The notes under the pieces were generated by a model. The model was not told where the DNA came from. It searched no databases and saw only the letters and a program-made list of their open reading frames with translations. Position numbers and translations under genes: made by a program. Below, one piece after another: positions 8,673-17,649 of a stretch of 64,000 nucleotides of DNA. How positions within the stretch are numbered: position 1 is the stretch's first letter; every line of letters begins with the position of its first letter. Origin of the DNA: a virus; the IMG/VR virus record IMGVR_UViG_3300020463_002440, positions 32,001 through 96,000 of that record; one strand, written 5' to 3'.

Positions 8673-9000
8673 ATTGTGTATGTTTTTTAGCAATTGCTAT
8701 TGCTTCTTCTACTGTATACGGACTACTATGTGCCAATGGTGCTTTCGTTTCGGTTATGTTTGGAAAAACATCTGATAGTCTTGCATTGATTTCAAAGAAT
8801 GGTATTTGCTCAGGTGGTAATTCATCTTCACTCCATATTGCTTCAACAGGACATTCAGGAACACAAAGACCACAATCAATACATTCATCAGGATGTATTA
8901 CTAAAAAATCAGGTCCTTCATAAAAGCAGTCAACAGGACATACTTCCACACATTTAGTATCTTTACATCCGACACAAGGACTACCTACTACAAAAGCCAT
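8671..9000 (-). CDS. fdxA: 7Fe ([3Fe-4S][4Fe-4S]) ferredoxin, FdxA/Azotobacter FdI type
   Basis: AFVV...[46 protein letters not shown]. Confidence 0.92.
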   Translation of the reverse strand: MAFVVGSPCVGCKDTKCVEVCPVDCFYEGPDFLVIHPDECIDCGLCVPECPVEAIWSEDELPPEQIPFFEINARLSDVFPNITETKAPLAHSSPYTVEEAIAIAKKHTQ

Positions 9001-9006
9001 AACGAA

Positions 9007-9576
9007 TTATCTCTTAGGACATCTAATTTTTGCTTTTTTGGTTATCTTATAATTATTATATGCTACCAAGCCAGTCAAAGCAGCTGACATAAATTTCCAT
9101 TCATTCCACATTAGTTCACCATATTCTTCATCAGCATAAAACACGTTACTCACAGCCCAGATAACACTACCTTTTAAAGCAATCATCTCGCCAACTTCTG
9201 GGACTGGTGGTAATAAAGGATTTGCTTCTTCAATACATGAATACTTAACTCCTTCATAAGTCGTATATACATCTGCTATATGTGCTGTCCAAAATAAAAC
9301 ATTAACTAATAATTTATCCTTATTACTATGTTGCATAACAAATTCATTAAAACTTAATTCACCAAGTATTAACGTAGGTTCTTTATATTGAGGTAAGGTT
9401 TGAACTCTTCTAACTGTTTCGTCACTATAAGGAGCGTGATGTCCTAATCTGATAAGTTCTTTTGTTGCTTCAGAGAGTTCTGATAATAATGGGTCTTTTG
9501 GAACATATGCTTGTGCAGGAATTATAAAACATAATCCTAAAATAAGACTACTTAGTAGTCGCGATAAAAACACCAT
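9007..9576 (-). CDS. Secreted or membrane hypothetical protein
   Basis: N-terminal signal peptide (AQA), D.YTTY.G...C..EANPLL motif, C-terminal hydrophobic segments. Confidence 0.7.
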   Translation of the reverse strand: MVFLSRLLSSLILGLCFIIPAQAYVPKDPLLSELSEATKELIRLGHHAPYSDETVRRVQTLPQYKEPTLILGELSFNEFVMQHSNKDKLLVNVLFWTAHIADVYTTYEGVKYSCIEEANPLLPPVPEVGEMIALKGSVIWAVSNVFYADEEYGELMWNEWKFMSAALTGLVAYNNYKITKKAKIRCPKR

Positions 9577-11593
9577 TCCAATCCTTGGGAAGATCTTGCG
9601 TTTTCATGTATTCACAACGCTCAATCCACATTTTGTAATAACCGTCCATTTGTCCTTCAAAGCAATCCATGAGGTCATTACATATTTTAATCGCCTTATC
9701 AAAGTTTTGCTTTTGATAATTTGAATGCATTGCTTTGTGCATATCTACTGGTTTAATATATTTATCTTTATTTAGATCGAGAACAGTATATATTGTGATA
9801 CCTATTGTTTTTCCTTTCACAGCAAGATCATCAACCTTTAGAAAAAAGAATTCATTCGGATTACAACGATCTACAGTTTCTTCTCCGACTAATAATAGAC
9901 AACCATATTCTTTACACTTGGATTCTATTCTTGCGGCTGTTGATACGGCATCTCCAAGTATATCGTAGCTGTGACGAGATGTACTTCCCATTTCGCCAAC
10001 ATATCCAAGACCGCTATTAATACCTGCTCCCATACCAATCGGAGGTCGACCTTCTTTTGTAATTTTATTATTAAAGGATTCAACAGCTCTTAACATATTA
10101 ATACCAGTTTGTACTGCCGTCTTTGCATGATCTTTATCTTCCATAGGAGCATTATGTATATGCATACTTGCGTCTCCAATGTATTTGATAATCATTCCAT
10201 TTGCATCTAGAACAGGTTGTGTAATTGCATCCATATAACCATTCATTAATGTGGTCAGTCCTTTAACATCATCTCCGAAGCTTTCGCCCAGTGGAGTAAA
10301 TCCTCGAAGATCACTGAATACAATACTTACATCTTTTTTCATTCCGTCCTTGACAAGTGAGGGATTTTGTTGTAAAATAGTAACAACTTCTGGAGAACAA
10401 TACCCAGCGAATTGTTTCATGATTTCGCGCTTTTCTAAAAATGTTAAATAGTATTTGTTAAAGGAACTTTGGGCAAACACAACTAAGGAACTCAATGAAA
10501 TCAAAGATGCGTCAACGAAGATCAATGAACCGCTCCAAAGCCAGTAACTCACTCCGTATCCGGAAGAAACAAGACCAAGACTTATTAACACCCCAGGAGT
10601 TATGGGCAAGATATAGACCGCTCCAAGGATACCTAGACTCAATAAGACCAGAAGACCGAGCTCGAGTATTGGCTTCCAGTCGGGAATCTGTATTTCAACT
10701 CCTGAAAGAACGGTCTGAATTAGTTGGGCTTGAACTTCGTGGGGATACATTGCACCCGTTGGGGTTGAAACTGGATTAGAGACACCTTCAGCTGTTACTC
10801 CAAAGATAAGAACCTTTCCACTAGGTAAAGGATCAGTAATACTTATTTGTTCAAATTGATTCCAAAACGCAATTGGTAATTCAGCAAAACTATTTGTTGT
10901 GATAGGATCTTGACGACCCATACGAATCCATTCAACGCCGTTGGCGCCTACCTTCATTTGGTAACTGGGTTCTCCTGAATACACACGTAAGGTGTCAAGG
11001 GCGAGACTAGGGTATACGTTCCCGGCTGCTTCGACAACAAGTGGTGCTCTACGCACGACTCCGGTTGGTTCATCAGGTATAGCAACGGTAGCACCAACCC
11101 CGAAAGCGAAATTAGACAAATTGTCGATAGGATAAAGTAATCCAGGAAATTTGTAGAGCCATTTTTCATTTTGTTCTCCAAAGGTAGCGACACCTACAAA
11201 GGTACCTAAACCACCTGTTAATTGTTGTGATGGTGCTGAGGCCAACACCACTGCTTTTTGTTGCATTTCAAATGCAAGTAAATTGTCTTCTCCAAATCTA
11301 TCTTCTTCGGAGTATATTAAGTTAAGTACATAAAGGCTATCATTAGGGCCGTCACGTAAATAATCAGCAATGGAACCGCGAGGCCAAGGATACTGACCTT
11401 TGGCAGAGATTGCGGTTTCGTCGATGTTGACGAGGACCACGTCTTCAATAATTTCTTTTGTTTGATTTTGCTGTAACGCGTCATAATAAGCGTATTCTAT
11501 ACTTTGTATGAAACTAGGATTAACAATACTTAAAGTAGCAAAGCCTGCGATTGTAATAAGTACTGTCCACCACTGAGTTAGTGTTTTAAACAT
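9548..11593 (-). CDS. CHASE2-domain class III adenylate/guanylate cyclase
   Basis: N-terminal TM; CHASE2 motifs VLVNIDE..I...GQYPWPR, DE.TGVVRRAPL, YPSLAL, HAQ-like EVQAQ; 3 TMs; cyclase FSDLRGFT, KYIGDA, GEMGS..R.SYDILGDAV.TAARIE, VKGK. Confidence 0.93.
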   Translation of the reverse strand: MFKTLTQWWTVLITIAGFATLSIVNPSFIQSIEYAYYDALQQNQTKEIIEDVVLVNIDETAISAKGQYPWPRGSIADYLRDGPNDSLYVLNLIYSEEDRFGEDNLLAFEMQQKAVVLASAPSQQLTGGLGTFVGVATFGEQNEKWLYKFPGLLYPIDNLSNFAFGVGATVAIPDEPTGVVRRAPLVVEAAGNVYPSLALDTLRVYSGEPSYQMKVGANGVEWIRMGRQDPITTNSFAELPIAFWNQFEQISITDPLPSGKVLIFGVTAEGVSNPVSTPTGAMYPHEVQAQLIQTVLSGVEIQIPDWKPILELGLLVLLSLGILGAVYILPITPGVLISLGLVSSGYGVSYWLWSGSLIFVDASLISLSSLVVFAQSSFNKYYLTFLEKREIMKQFAGYCSPEVVTILQQNPSLVKDGMKKDVSIVFSDLRGFTPLGESFGDDVKGLTTLMNGYMDAITQPVLDANGMIIKYIGDASMHIHNAPMEDKDHAKTAVQTGINMLRAVESFNNKITKEGRPPIGMGAGINSGLGYVGEMGSTSRHSYDILGDAVSTAARIESKCKEYGCLLLVGEETVDRCNPNEFFFLKVDDLAVKGKTIGITIYTVLDLNKDKYIKPVDMHKAMHSNYQKQNFDKAIKICNDLMDCFEGQMDGYYKMWIERCEYMKTQDLPKDWNGVFIATTK

Positions 11594-12527
11594 GTTTACG
11601 ATATACTTTTACCGTATTAATTAATTGTCTTACGTGTTCAACTGGAGTTGTCTTATCAATTCCATGAGCCAAGTTAACAATATACGGCCTGTCTTTCATT
11701 TTATTGAGTACAGGTGTAATATCTTCTCCTTTAATTAATCGGCTTACTGAAATACCTCCTTGAAGTACTTCGCCATTAATTTGATCCACAGGTAAATCAT
11801 CGCTCATATTTGTTGCGTCAGGATTTACTTGTTCTATATAATCATTTATTTTTGTACCAACAAGTCTTGGAAAGGCAATAATACAAACATCAGGATAATG
11901 AGCTCTTATAACATCAACAATTTGCTGTGTTGGTTGAATTACATATTCATAAAAGTTTTCTTCTGATATGTCACAAGCATGACTATCAAATATTTGTATT
12001 GTATCACACCCTGCTTCAATTTGCATTGATAGGTGGTCAATAATATAAGGTACTAATTTTTGTACTACATCCAATCTTTGTTCTTCACACATATATTTAC
12101 ATATTGTGTATGGTGCTGCAGCAAATCCAATTAAAGATTTACTATCATCAAGCTCTTCTCTAACTTTTCGTATTGCTTCGTAAACTGGTTCGCACTTATC
12201 TTGGAATTCTTCTCGTGTTGTTTCCCAAAATGATTCGTTGTATGGACCTAGCTTTGGACCAGGAACATAATCAAGTTCTTGTCCTAAAGCGTAATTCACA
12301 ATTAATATATCTGAAAATATAATTGCACAATCCATATCAAACTCAAGAATAGGTTGCATCGTAATCTCAGCAGCCTTCCAAGGAGTAAGAGCCATATCTA
12401 AAAAGCCATCGGATTCTTTTTTCATTGCCATATATTCTGGCATATATCTTCCGGCTTGTCTCATTAACCAAACAGGATATAAATTAACTTCTTTATCCTG
12501 AATCGTTCTCTGTAATAATGTTTTCAT
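11586..12527 (-). CDS. hemE: Uroporphyrinogen decarboxylase
   Basis: PVWLMRQAGRYMPEY, AIIFSDIL, LIGFAAAPYT, QIEAG...IQIFDS, NLAHGI...TP. Confidence 0.92.
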   Translation of the reverse strand: MKTLLQRTIQDKEVNLYPVWLMRQAGRYMPEYMAMKKESDGFLDMALTPWKAAEITMQPILEFDMDCAIIFSDILIVNYALGQELDYVPGPKLGPYNESFWETTREEFQDKCEPVYEAIRKVREELDDSKSLIGFAAAPYTICKYMCEEQRLDVVQKLVPYIIDHLSMQIEAGCDTIQIFDSHACDISEENFYEYVIQPTQQIVDVIRAHYPDVCIIAFPRLVGTKINDYIEQVNPDATNMSDDLPVDQINGEVLQGGISVSRLIKGEDITPVLNKMKDRPYIVNLAHGIDKTTPVEHVRQLINTVKVYRKHV

Positions 12528-12532
12528 AATTT

Positions 12533-12844
12533 TTAACTTAATTTCTTTTGTATGTATTTCACCGCAGCATATATCGTTAAACCATATATTGCGAATATTG
12601 TTAAGGGAACTGCCATGTTGAGGATTACACTGATATCTAGGAATAGCAAATCTTTTGTAAAATCAATAATTGCTTCTGCGTCACCTTGTGCAGGTTCAAT
12701 ATTTCCTTCTATAGTATATTGCATATCTGCATCTGTAAGCATCAAGTGAAACTCATCTTCAGGAATACACATCATACCTTCAGGACAACCTTCTTCACCT
12801 GGGTATTTCGTTCCCACAGGATTTCCAAACATATCTAAATCCAT
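12533..12844 (-). CDS. Hypothetical membrane protein
   Basis: Acidic N-terminus with a CPEGMMC Cys pair; C-terminal TM. Confidence 0.65.
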   Translation of the reverse strand: MDLDMFGNPVGTKYPGEEGCPEGMMCIPEDEFHLMLTDADMQYTIEGNIEPAQGDAEAIIDFTKDLLFLDISVILNMAVPLTIFAIYGLTIYAAVKYIQKKLS

Positions 12845-12846
12845 AA

Positions 12847-13587
12847 TTATTCTTGAATCACCGATGTACTACAACCACCGACTGTCATACAATCAACTGA
12901 TATAGTATAAGACTGTGTACCGCTAGTACCAAATTGTATTAATGTTAAGTCTGTTCCATATAAACCATCAAGAGTTATATTTGCAGTGTGTGGTTGATTA
13001 GTTCCTTTCTGACGAACATACACATCGTTATAATCATTGTATATTGTTAAGTTTGTAGTTTTTGAAGCTTTGCCTTGTTGTTTTATTTGAACTTCGTTAT
13101 GGTCACCTGCTAAATGTAAATCAAAGTTATGTCCATCAGCTGCATTCCACTGATTGGTTTGTTGAACTGCTAATTGATTATAGTCACCGTACATAGTAAT
13201 ATCTATCTCATGACCACCACCTTCATCTCCATCGTCACTCCAATCTAAATTAGTATCAGAATTAAGAACGTCCCAAGAAACACCTTGTCCTAATTTCATT
13301 TGATTACCTGTACCACTTACTTCATCAAATCTTATTTTATTAGGAAGTGAAGTATTGCTTGTATTTACTTGTACTAAATACATATCTAAACTTGATGCTG
13401 TAATATATGAATTATTATCTAACATTAAAATTTGATTATCAAATCCAACTTGGTCAACACCTAATTGAAAAGTATCACCGCTCTGTTCAATATTGATTTC
13501 GTTATCTGCAAGTGCAACAGGTGCCAACATTAATACACCAAATAATATACCTGCTAAAAATATGTATGTTCTTTTTTCATTTGCCAT
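12847..13587 (-). CDS. Secreted curlin-like (CsgA/CsgB-like) repeat protein
   Basis: Signal peptide (ALA); repeated N-x-hydrophobic-x-Q-x-G units (NEINIEQSG, NQMKLGQG, NEVQIKQQG, NDVYVRQKG); in the csgFG operon. Confidence 0.7.
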   Translation of the reverse strand: MANEKRTYIFLAGILFGVLMLAPVALADNEINIEQSGDTFQLGVDQVGFDNQILMLDNNSYITASSLDMYLVQVNTSNTSLPNKIRFDEVSGTGNQMKLGQGVSWDVLNSDTNLDWSDDGDEGGGHEIDITMYGDYNQLAVQQTNQWNAADGHNFDLHLAGDHNEVQIKQQGKASKTTNLTIYNDYNDVYVRQKGTNQPHTANITLDGLYGTDLTLIQFGTSGTQSYTISVDCMTVGGCSTSVIQE

Positions 13588-13595
13588 AATATTAT

Positions 13596-14783
13596 TTATC
13601 CTCCTTGTCTAATCACAATTATTGAATCATTACCACCATTCAAATCTATAATCCCTTGATAACCATCTACTGATGTATCAACTCTAACTGATGCGTCTAC
13701 TGCAAAAGAAATATTTACTACTCCATTTACAGTTCTATAAAAAAATATTTTTCCGCTTTGTTCGTATATGTTATATTGACTGTCGTTATTAAATCCAAAA
13801 CTTGCTCCACGTAATTCAGCACCTAATGCTGTTCCGCTAATTGCACTATCATCAAGTGATGCGGTTGTTCTAACGAGAGCTTCGACTACATCTAATAAAT
13901 CTGTTAAAAAATCAACATCAAGATAATCAATATCAAGTTCTGAAAATTCTAATGCATCTTCATCGAGAGCATCATATTCTAATTCATTAAATTCTAAAAA
14001 ATCGAAATCAAGTAATCCTTGATCCATGTTTGCTTCGTCTTCGGCTGTTTCTTCAATTGCTTCTTTTACTTCAGGAGGCGGAGAAACAATAAACATATTA
14101 TCAATCATATTAGGTGTAATACCTTGCATTGTGATTTGTCTTGTAGGCGGGGTATCTAAACTGCTCACCATCGTTGCTGCATATGCTTCTGATAAAGTAA
14201 TTGTTCCACCATTGTTTGTTACATCGATAATACCTGAAGGATTACCGAACTCATCAGGTAAAAGTATTACGAGTGATCTACCTAACTCATCAATGGTTGC
14301 TGTAAAATCTGTTCCTCTTACAGCGATTTGTGCTGTTGGTGTTGATAGGTCAATATTTGCTTTATTAACCATTCCTAATCGACCAGATGCAAACCGCGCT
14401 GTGCCAACTGCCATGCGCATTGCCATTTTGGATTTACTTGGATCTGGATCGTAGTATATCTTGTCGATATATACTTTGGTGTGTTCTGTTAAAGATAACT
14501 GAGCTTCGTCTAAAAACTCAATCTTCATTCGGCCTTGGCCTGTTTCAGCCGTATCGTTTAATTCAATATTTGGAATAGAAGACGCGTCTAATATTTCGCC
14601 TTCTTCTCGAACAATTTGTCCGCTGCCAGTTTGTTCAATGATATCGCCAATTGGGCTCGCCATTGCTGTTCCGAAAAACAACATTGGCAAACCCAATAAT
14701 AGTCTAGCTGTCGTTAGCTGAATCTTTCTGATTAATTTGAATTGTAGCATTTTCACTATCAACATCCAAAGTAATAATTCCAT
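13596..14783 (-). CDS. FecR-domain exported protein with acidic C-terminal region
   Basis: D...TG.G...IEF.D...L.L.E.T, G.ARF.SG, TPTAQIAVRGTDF (FecR); true start probably near 14750. Confidence 0.85.
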   Translation of the reverse strand: MELLLWMLIVKMLQFKLIRKIQLTTARLLLGLPMLFFGTAMASPIGDIIEQTGSGQIVREEGEILDASSIPNIELNDTAETGQGRMKIEFLDEAQLSLTEHTKVYIDKIYYDPDPSKSKMAMRMAVGTARFASGRLGMVNKANIDLSTPTAQIAVRGTDFTATIDELGRSLVILLPDEFGNPSGIIDVTNNGGTITLSEAYAATMVSSLDTPPTRQITMQGITPNMIDNMFIVSPPPEVKEAIEETAEDEANMDQGLLDFDFLEFNELEYDALDEDALEFSELDIDYLDVDFLTDLLDVVEALVRTTASLDDSAISGTALGAELRGASFGFNNDSQYNIYEQSGKIFFYRTVNGVVNISFAVDASVRVDTSVDGYQGIIDLNGGNDSIIVIRQGG

Positions 14784-15435
14784 TACAAGTAGAAATGCCT
14801 TGTGGGCATGTTCCGCTCATTTGGTTAATATCAATATCTGCAGATGATCCGTTAAGAACTAAATTAATTTCATGTTCTCCACCATCTTTCTGTAAGGTAT
14901 TAATATTGTTTGATCCACCTGTGATGTCCATATTCCAAACTGCATCATCAACATCTATGTCAATATCAAAGATATTACTATCTCCAATTACAGTTAAGTC
15001 AAGATCTAATCTTTCTGCACTTGCGTTATACCCTTGGTCAAAGTCCATAGTATTTGAATCACCAGTAATATCAACATCATATGTTGAAGTATCTGCTGAA
15101 CCTACATATCCTACGTCCCAATCCCAAACGTTGCTGTCACCTGTCCAAAGTAAATTGGCAGTTGAGCTGTCGCCAACAAATTTTCCGAATAGTAAATTTT
15201 CGTTTCCTATTTGGTCAATATTGAAAGTTAAAGTTGTACCTGTGATAGGCATAGCACTTGAACCTGATGCAAAATTGTCTAAACCAATTTTGTTACCATA
15301 TCCATATTGGTCAATGTAAAGTGTTAAAGTATCACCTTGTTGGTCAATATTAATTTCATTATCGTCGGTAGCTTGCGCATTCGCATTGAAAGAAAAAACA
15401 CATAATAAAGATAGGCCTAATATTTTACGTATCAT
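14704..15435 (-). CDS. Secreted curlin-like (CsgA/CsgB-like) repeat protein
   Basis: Signal peptide (ANA); repeats IDQ.G..N and I.GDSN...D.D; paralogous N-terminus DNEINI.Q.GDT shared with 12847-13587. Confidence 0.72.
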   Translation of the reverse strand: MIRKILGLSLLCVFSFNANAQATDDNEINIDQQGDTLTLYIDQYGYGNKIGLDNFASGSSAMPITGTTLTFNIDQIGNENLLFGKFVGDSSTANLLWTGDSNVWDWDVGYVGSADTSTYDVDITGDSNTMDFDQGYNASAERLDLDLTVIGDSNIFDIDIDVDDAVWNMDITGGSNNINTLQKDGGEHEINLVLNGSSADIDINQMSGTCPQGISTCNGIITLDVDSENATIQINQKDSANDS

Positions 15436-16376
15436 TATTCTTCCTCTTTTAAGTTAATCGACCAGAAGCCACGTTCGTCGCCCTGGTACACCATTTCTAG
15501 TACGGCAGCTTCAATTGCTGTTCGTACTGCGTATGTCACTGATTCATTATTACCAATTCCGTCCTCGTATTCAATCAACTGAGTTCCCTGCTCGATAAAG
15601 CGGAAGACGTCTCCTCCTGAGCCATAGCTCAGTATTGATTTTTTCGTCTGAACATTCAATAATATTTCACCTGTTAAAACCGATACAGCTCGCACTGAAA
15701 CTGTTACGACATCTTGTCTATATTGTCGACTAAAACCTATGCCTAACGTTCTTGCGCCTCGCCCTCCTGTCTTTACATTACTATCATAACCAATGATGCC
15801 GCCCTCAATTATCATTCCCGCGAATAATAGAGGACCAACACCTTTTGTTTCTTCGCCCAGTTTCTTTGCCGCTTCATCACGACCTGTACGAATGATTTGA
15901 CGTTCTCTTACAAGAGCGTCAATTCCTTGTCTTTCTACTACTCTGAACCAGGTACCATTTCCTGCTGTCTTCAGAGCATCTATTAATAATTCTGTTCCAC
16001 CTTGTGTTACCGCCGTGGAAAAACTTTGTCCTGTGACAGAATCTTTTCTCTGTCCTGTCTTATCTAAAAATCCATATACTGCTACCACAGGTTTACTTGC
16101 TGCAGGCGGTAAATTTAATAACTCAATGTAAGATGGTAATCTAACAACTTGAGGCTGTTCGATACATATCTGTTTACTCTCAATATATTTACGAGTACCT
16201 GTATTAATCTTATCTATTAATAAACCGTCACCGTTTTCATCTTTTACTTTGCCAAACCCTTGCGAGTAATATCCTTGCCCGTATTCGCAATTTGCAGGTC
16301 CTTCAGACCATTGTGGCATTTGTGCACAGCTTGTTAAAAACGCAAGGCTAACCGCCGTCAGGATTCGAGTCACCAT
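15435..16376 (-). CDS. csgG: Curli secretion channel CsgG-like lipoprotein
   Basis: Lipobox LTSC; VAVY.F.DKTGQRK, FSTAVTQG, WF.VVERQG...L..ERQIIR, EGGIIGYDSNVKTGG.GAR.LGIG...QYR.D.VTV, NE.V..AV..AIEAAV; start at MVTR behind GGAGG. Confidence 0.95.
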   Translation of the reverse strand: MVTRILTAVSLAFLTSCAQMPQWSEGPANCEYGQGYYSQGFGKVKDENGDGLLIDKINTGTRKYIESKQICIEQPQVVRLPSYIELLNLPPAASKPVVAVYGFLDKTGQRKDSVTGQSFSTAVTQGGTELLIDALKTAGNGTWFRVVERQGIDALVRERQIIRTGRDEAAKKLGEETKGVGPLLFAGMIIEGGIIGYDSNVKTGGRGARTLGIGFSRQYRQDVVTVSVRAVSVLTGEILLNVQTKKSILSYGSGGDVFRFIEQGTQLIEYEDGIGNNESVTYAVRTAIEAAVLEMVYQGDERGFWSINLKEEE

Positions 16377-16860
16377 CCGTTCCTCCACCAAAATTTCCAC
16401 TACCTATTGGTATCTCAATAATAGTAGTAGTCCCATTTTCGTCAATAATTGTCATTTTAATATATTCAGTTCCATCTGTGTTAGTTATAACTTCATATGT
16501 TACTGTTGATCCTTCTAATACGAAAGATCCAAACCTTACAGGATTATCGTTAGAGAACATATTATCTACTAACTGTTTTGCTAACTGAGCATAAATCCTT
16601 GACTCAAGGTTACGAATAAACTTTGATAATGTTGTATTATCAGCTTCTCGTTGTGCAGCTCTTTCAGCTGCTTCAAGAGCATCCTTTATTTGCTCCTTTC
16701 TTGAAAACTCTTGGTTCTCAATTGTTAAATAATGCGCTCCTGCGCCTACACCGCTGAACGATGGATTTTTAAATTTATGAACAATTGGCTCTGCACAGAC
16801 TTGTGCAGAAAAATAAACTCCAATTACAAGTATTCCTAAAAGTGTTCCATTAATCTTCAT
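16348..16860 (-). CDS. csgF: Curli assembly component CsgF-like
   Basis: Signal peptide, then HKFKNPSFSG; F..NLESRI.AQL..QL; TT.IEIP; adjacent to csgG. Confidence 0.88.
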   Translation of the reverse strand: MKINGTLLGILVIGVYFSAQVCAEPIVHKFKNPSFSGVGAGAHYLTIENQEFSRKEQIKDALEAAERAAQREADNTTLSKFIRNLESRIYAQLAKQLVDNMFSNDNPVRFGSFVLEGSTVTYEVITNTDGTEYIKMTIIDENGTTTIIEIPIGSGNFGGGTDGDSNPDGG

Positions 16861-17119
16861 TGTCTTTCTCACCTTTTTTCTTCAATTCTTCTATTTCTTT
16901 ATATTTCAGAACAACATCAACTTTTTGTTGTAAACGTATTAAGTCTTGATCTAACATCCTCATTCTGTCAATTAACTTTATAAGTGCCATGTGTTGCTTA
17001 TCAATTTCAGGTTGCAGTTTAGTATTCACAAACTGCCACACAAAATATACAAAATAACCAAGTCCTACTACCATAACAGCAGGAAAGCCATACTCATTAA
17101 CTAAGCTCGCAATATCCAT
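16850..17119 (-). CDS. Small membrane protein (TM plus coiled coil, YvrJ/BhlA-like)
   Basis: LVNEYGFP.V...LGYFVYFVW then coiled coil. Confidence 0.65.
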   Translation of the reverse strand: MDIASLVNEYGFPAVMVVGLGYFVYFVWQFVNTKLQPEIDKQHMALIKLIDRMRMLDQDLIRLQQKVDVVLKYKEIEELKKKGEKDNED

Positions 17120-17123
17120 TATA

Positions 17124-17420
17124 TCAATCTCTTCTTACGTCTACTTTTCCATCTTCTATAAAATTTTCTGCTCGGGCTACTCTTTCAATATCTGGATTTA
17201 ATCCTAATGCACTACTCACAAGAAGATCAATCTTGATCATTTCATTAGACATCATAGATGCTCTATTTTCCAATGATTCTGCGAACATTGTTAACGTGCC
17301 AATACTATCAACGATTCCTTCAAAGATTTGTTTTATAATTACAAAAATAAAGAATCCCATTGTAAGGGCTCCGGCAATAGGCAATCCTACGTCAGATATA
17401 AGTTGAAAAATTTCTTCCAT
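17124..17420 (-). CDS. Small membrane protein, paralogue of 16850-17119
   Basis: LISDVGLPIA...MGFFIFVII then coiled coil. Confidence 0.65.
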   Translation of the reverse strand: MEEIFQLISDVGLPIAGALTMGFFIFVIIKQIFEGIVDSIGTLTMFAESLENRASMMSNEMIKIDLLVSSALGLNPDIERVARAENFIEDGKVDVRRD

Positions 17421-17457
17421 AGTAATCCTAGTATTGAAAGGTAAAACCTCTCAATGT

Positions 17458-17465
17458 TATTTATA
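17458..17465 (-). promoter_or_regulatory. T4-type late promoter heading the curli/cyclase operon
   Basis: TATAAATA on the - strand, 37 nt upstream of the 17420 start. Confidence 0.75.
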
Positions 17466-17649
17466 CATTTTAGATACTATATAGGTAACAAATTGTCTTC
17501 TAATAGGCTCCATATTCTCCTTCTAGTCCTCTTGTAATGTATGGCAATACAATCCAATTAGTAAAAATAACCACTTTTAGAGGACATTTATTTTGTTATA
17601 TACATGATGATTAATATAACAAAAAGTTCTAAAAAGATGAAAAAAGTTG

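Noticed and set aside
8671-17420. Host contamination or chimeric assembly for the bacterial-looking csg/hemE/cyclase/ferredoxin block
   Set aside because: It is flanked on both sides by phage early blocks carrying the same promoter family, is headed by a T4 late promoter, and has similar AT-rich composition. Read mapping would still be the decisive test.
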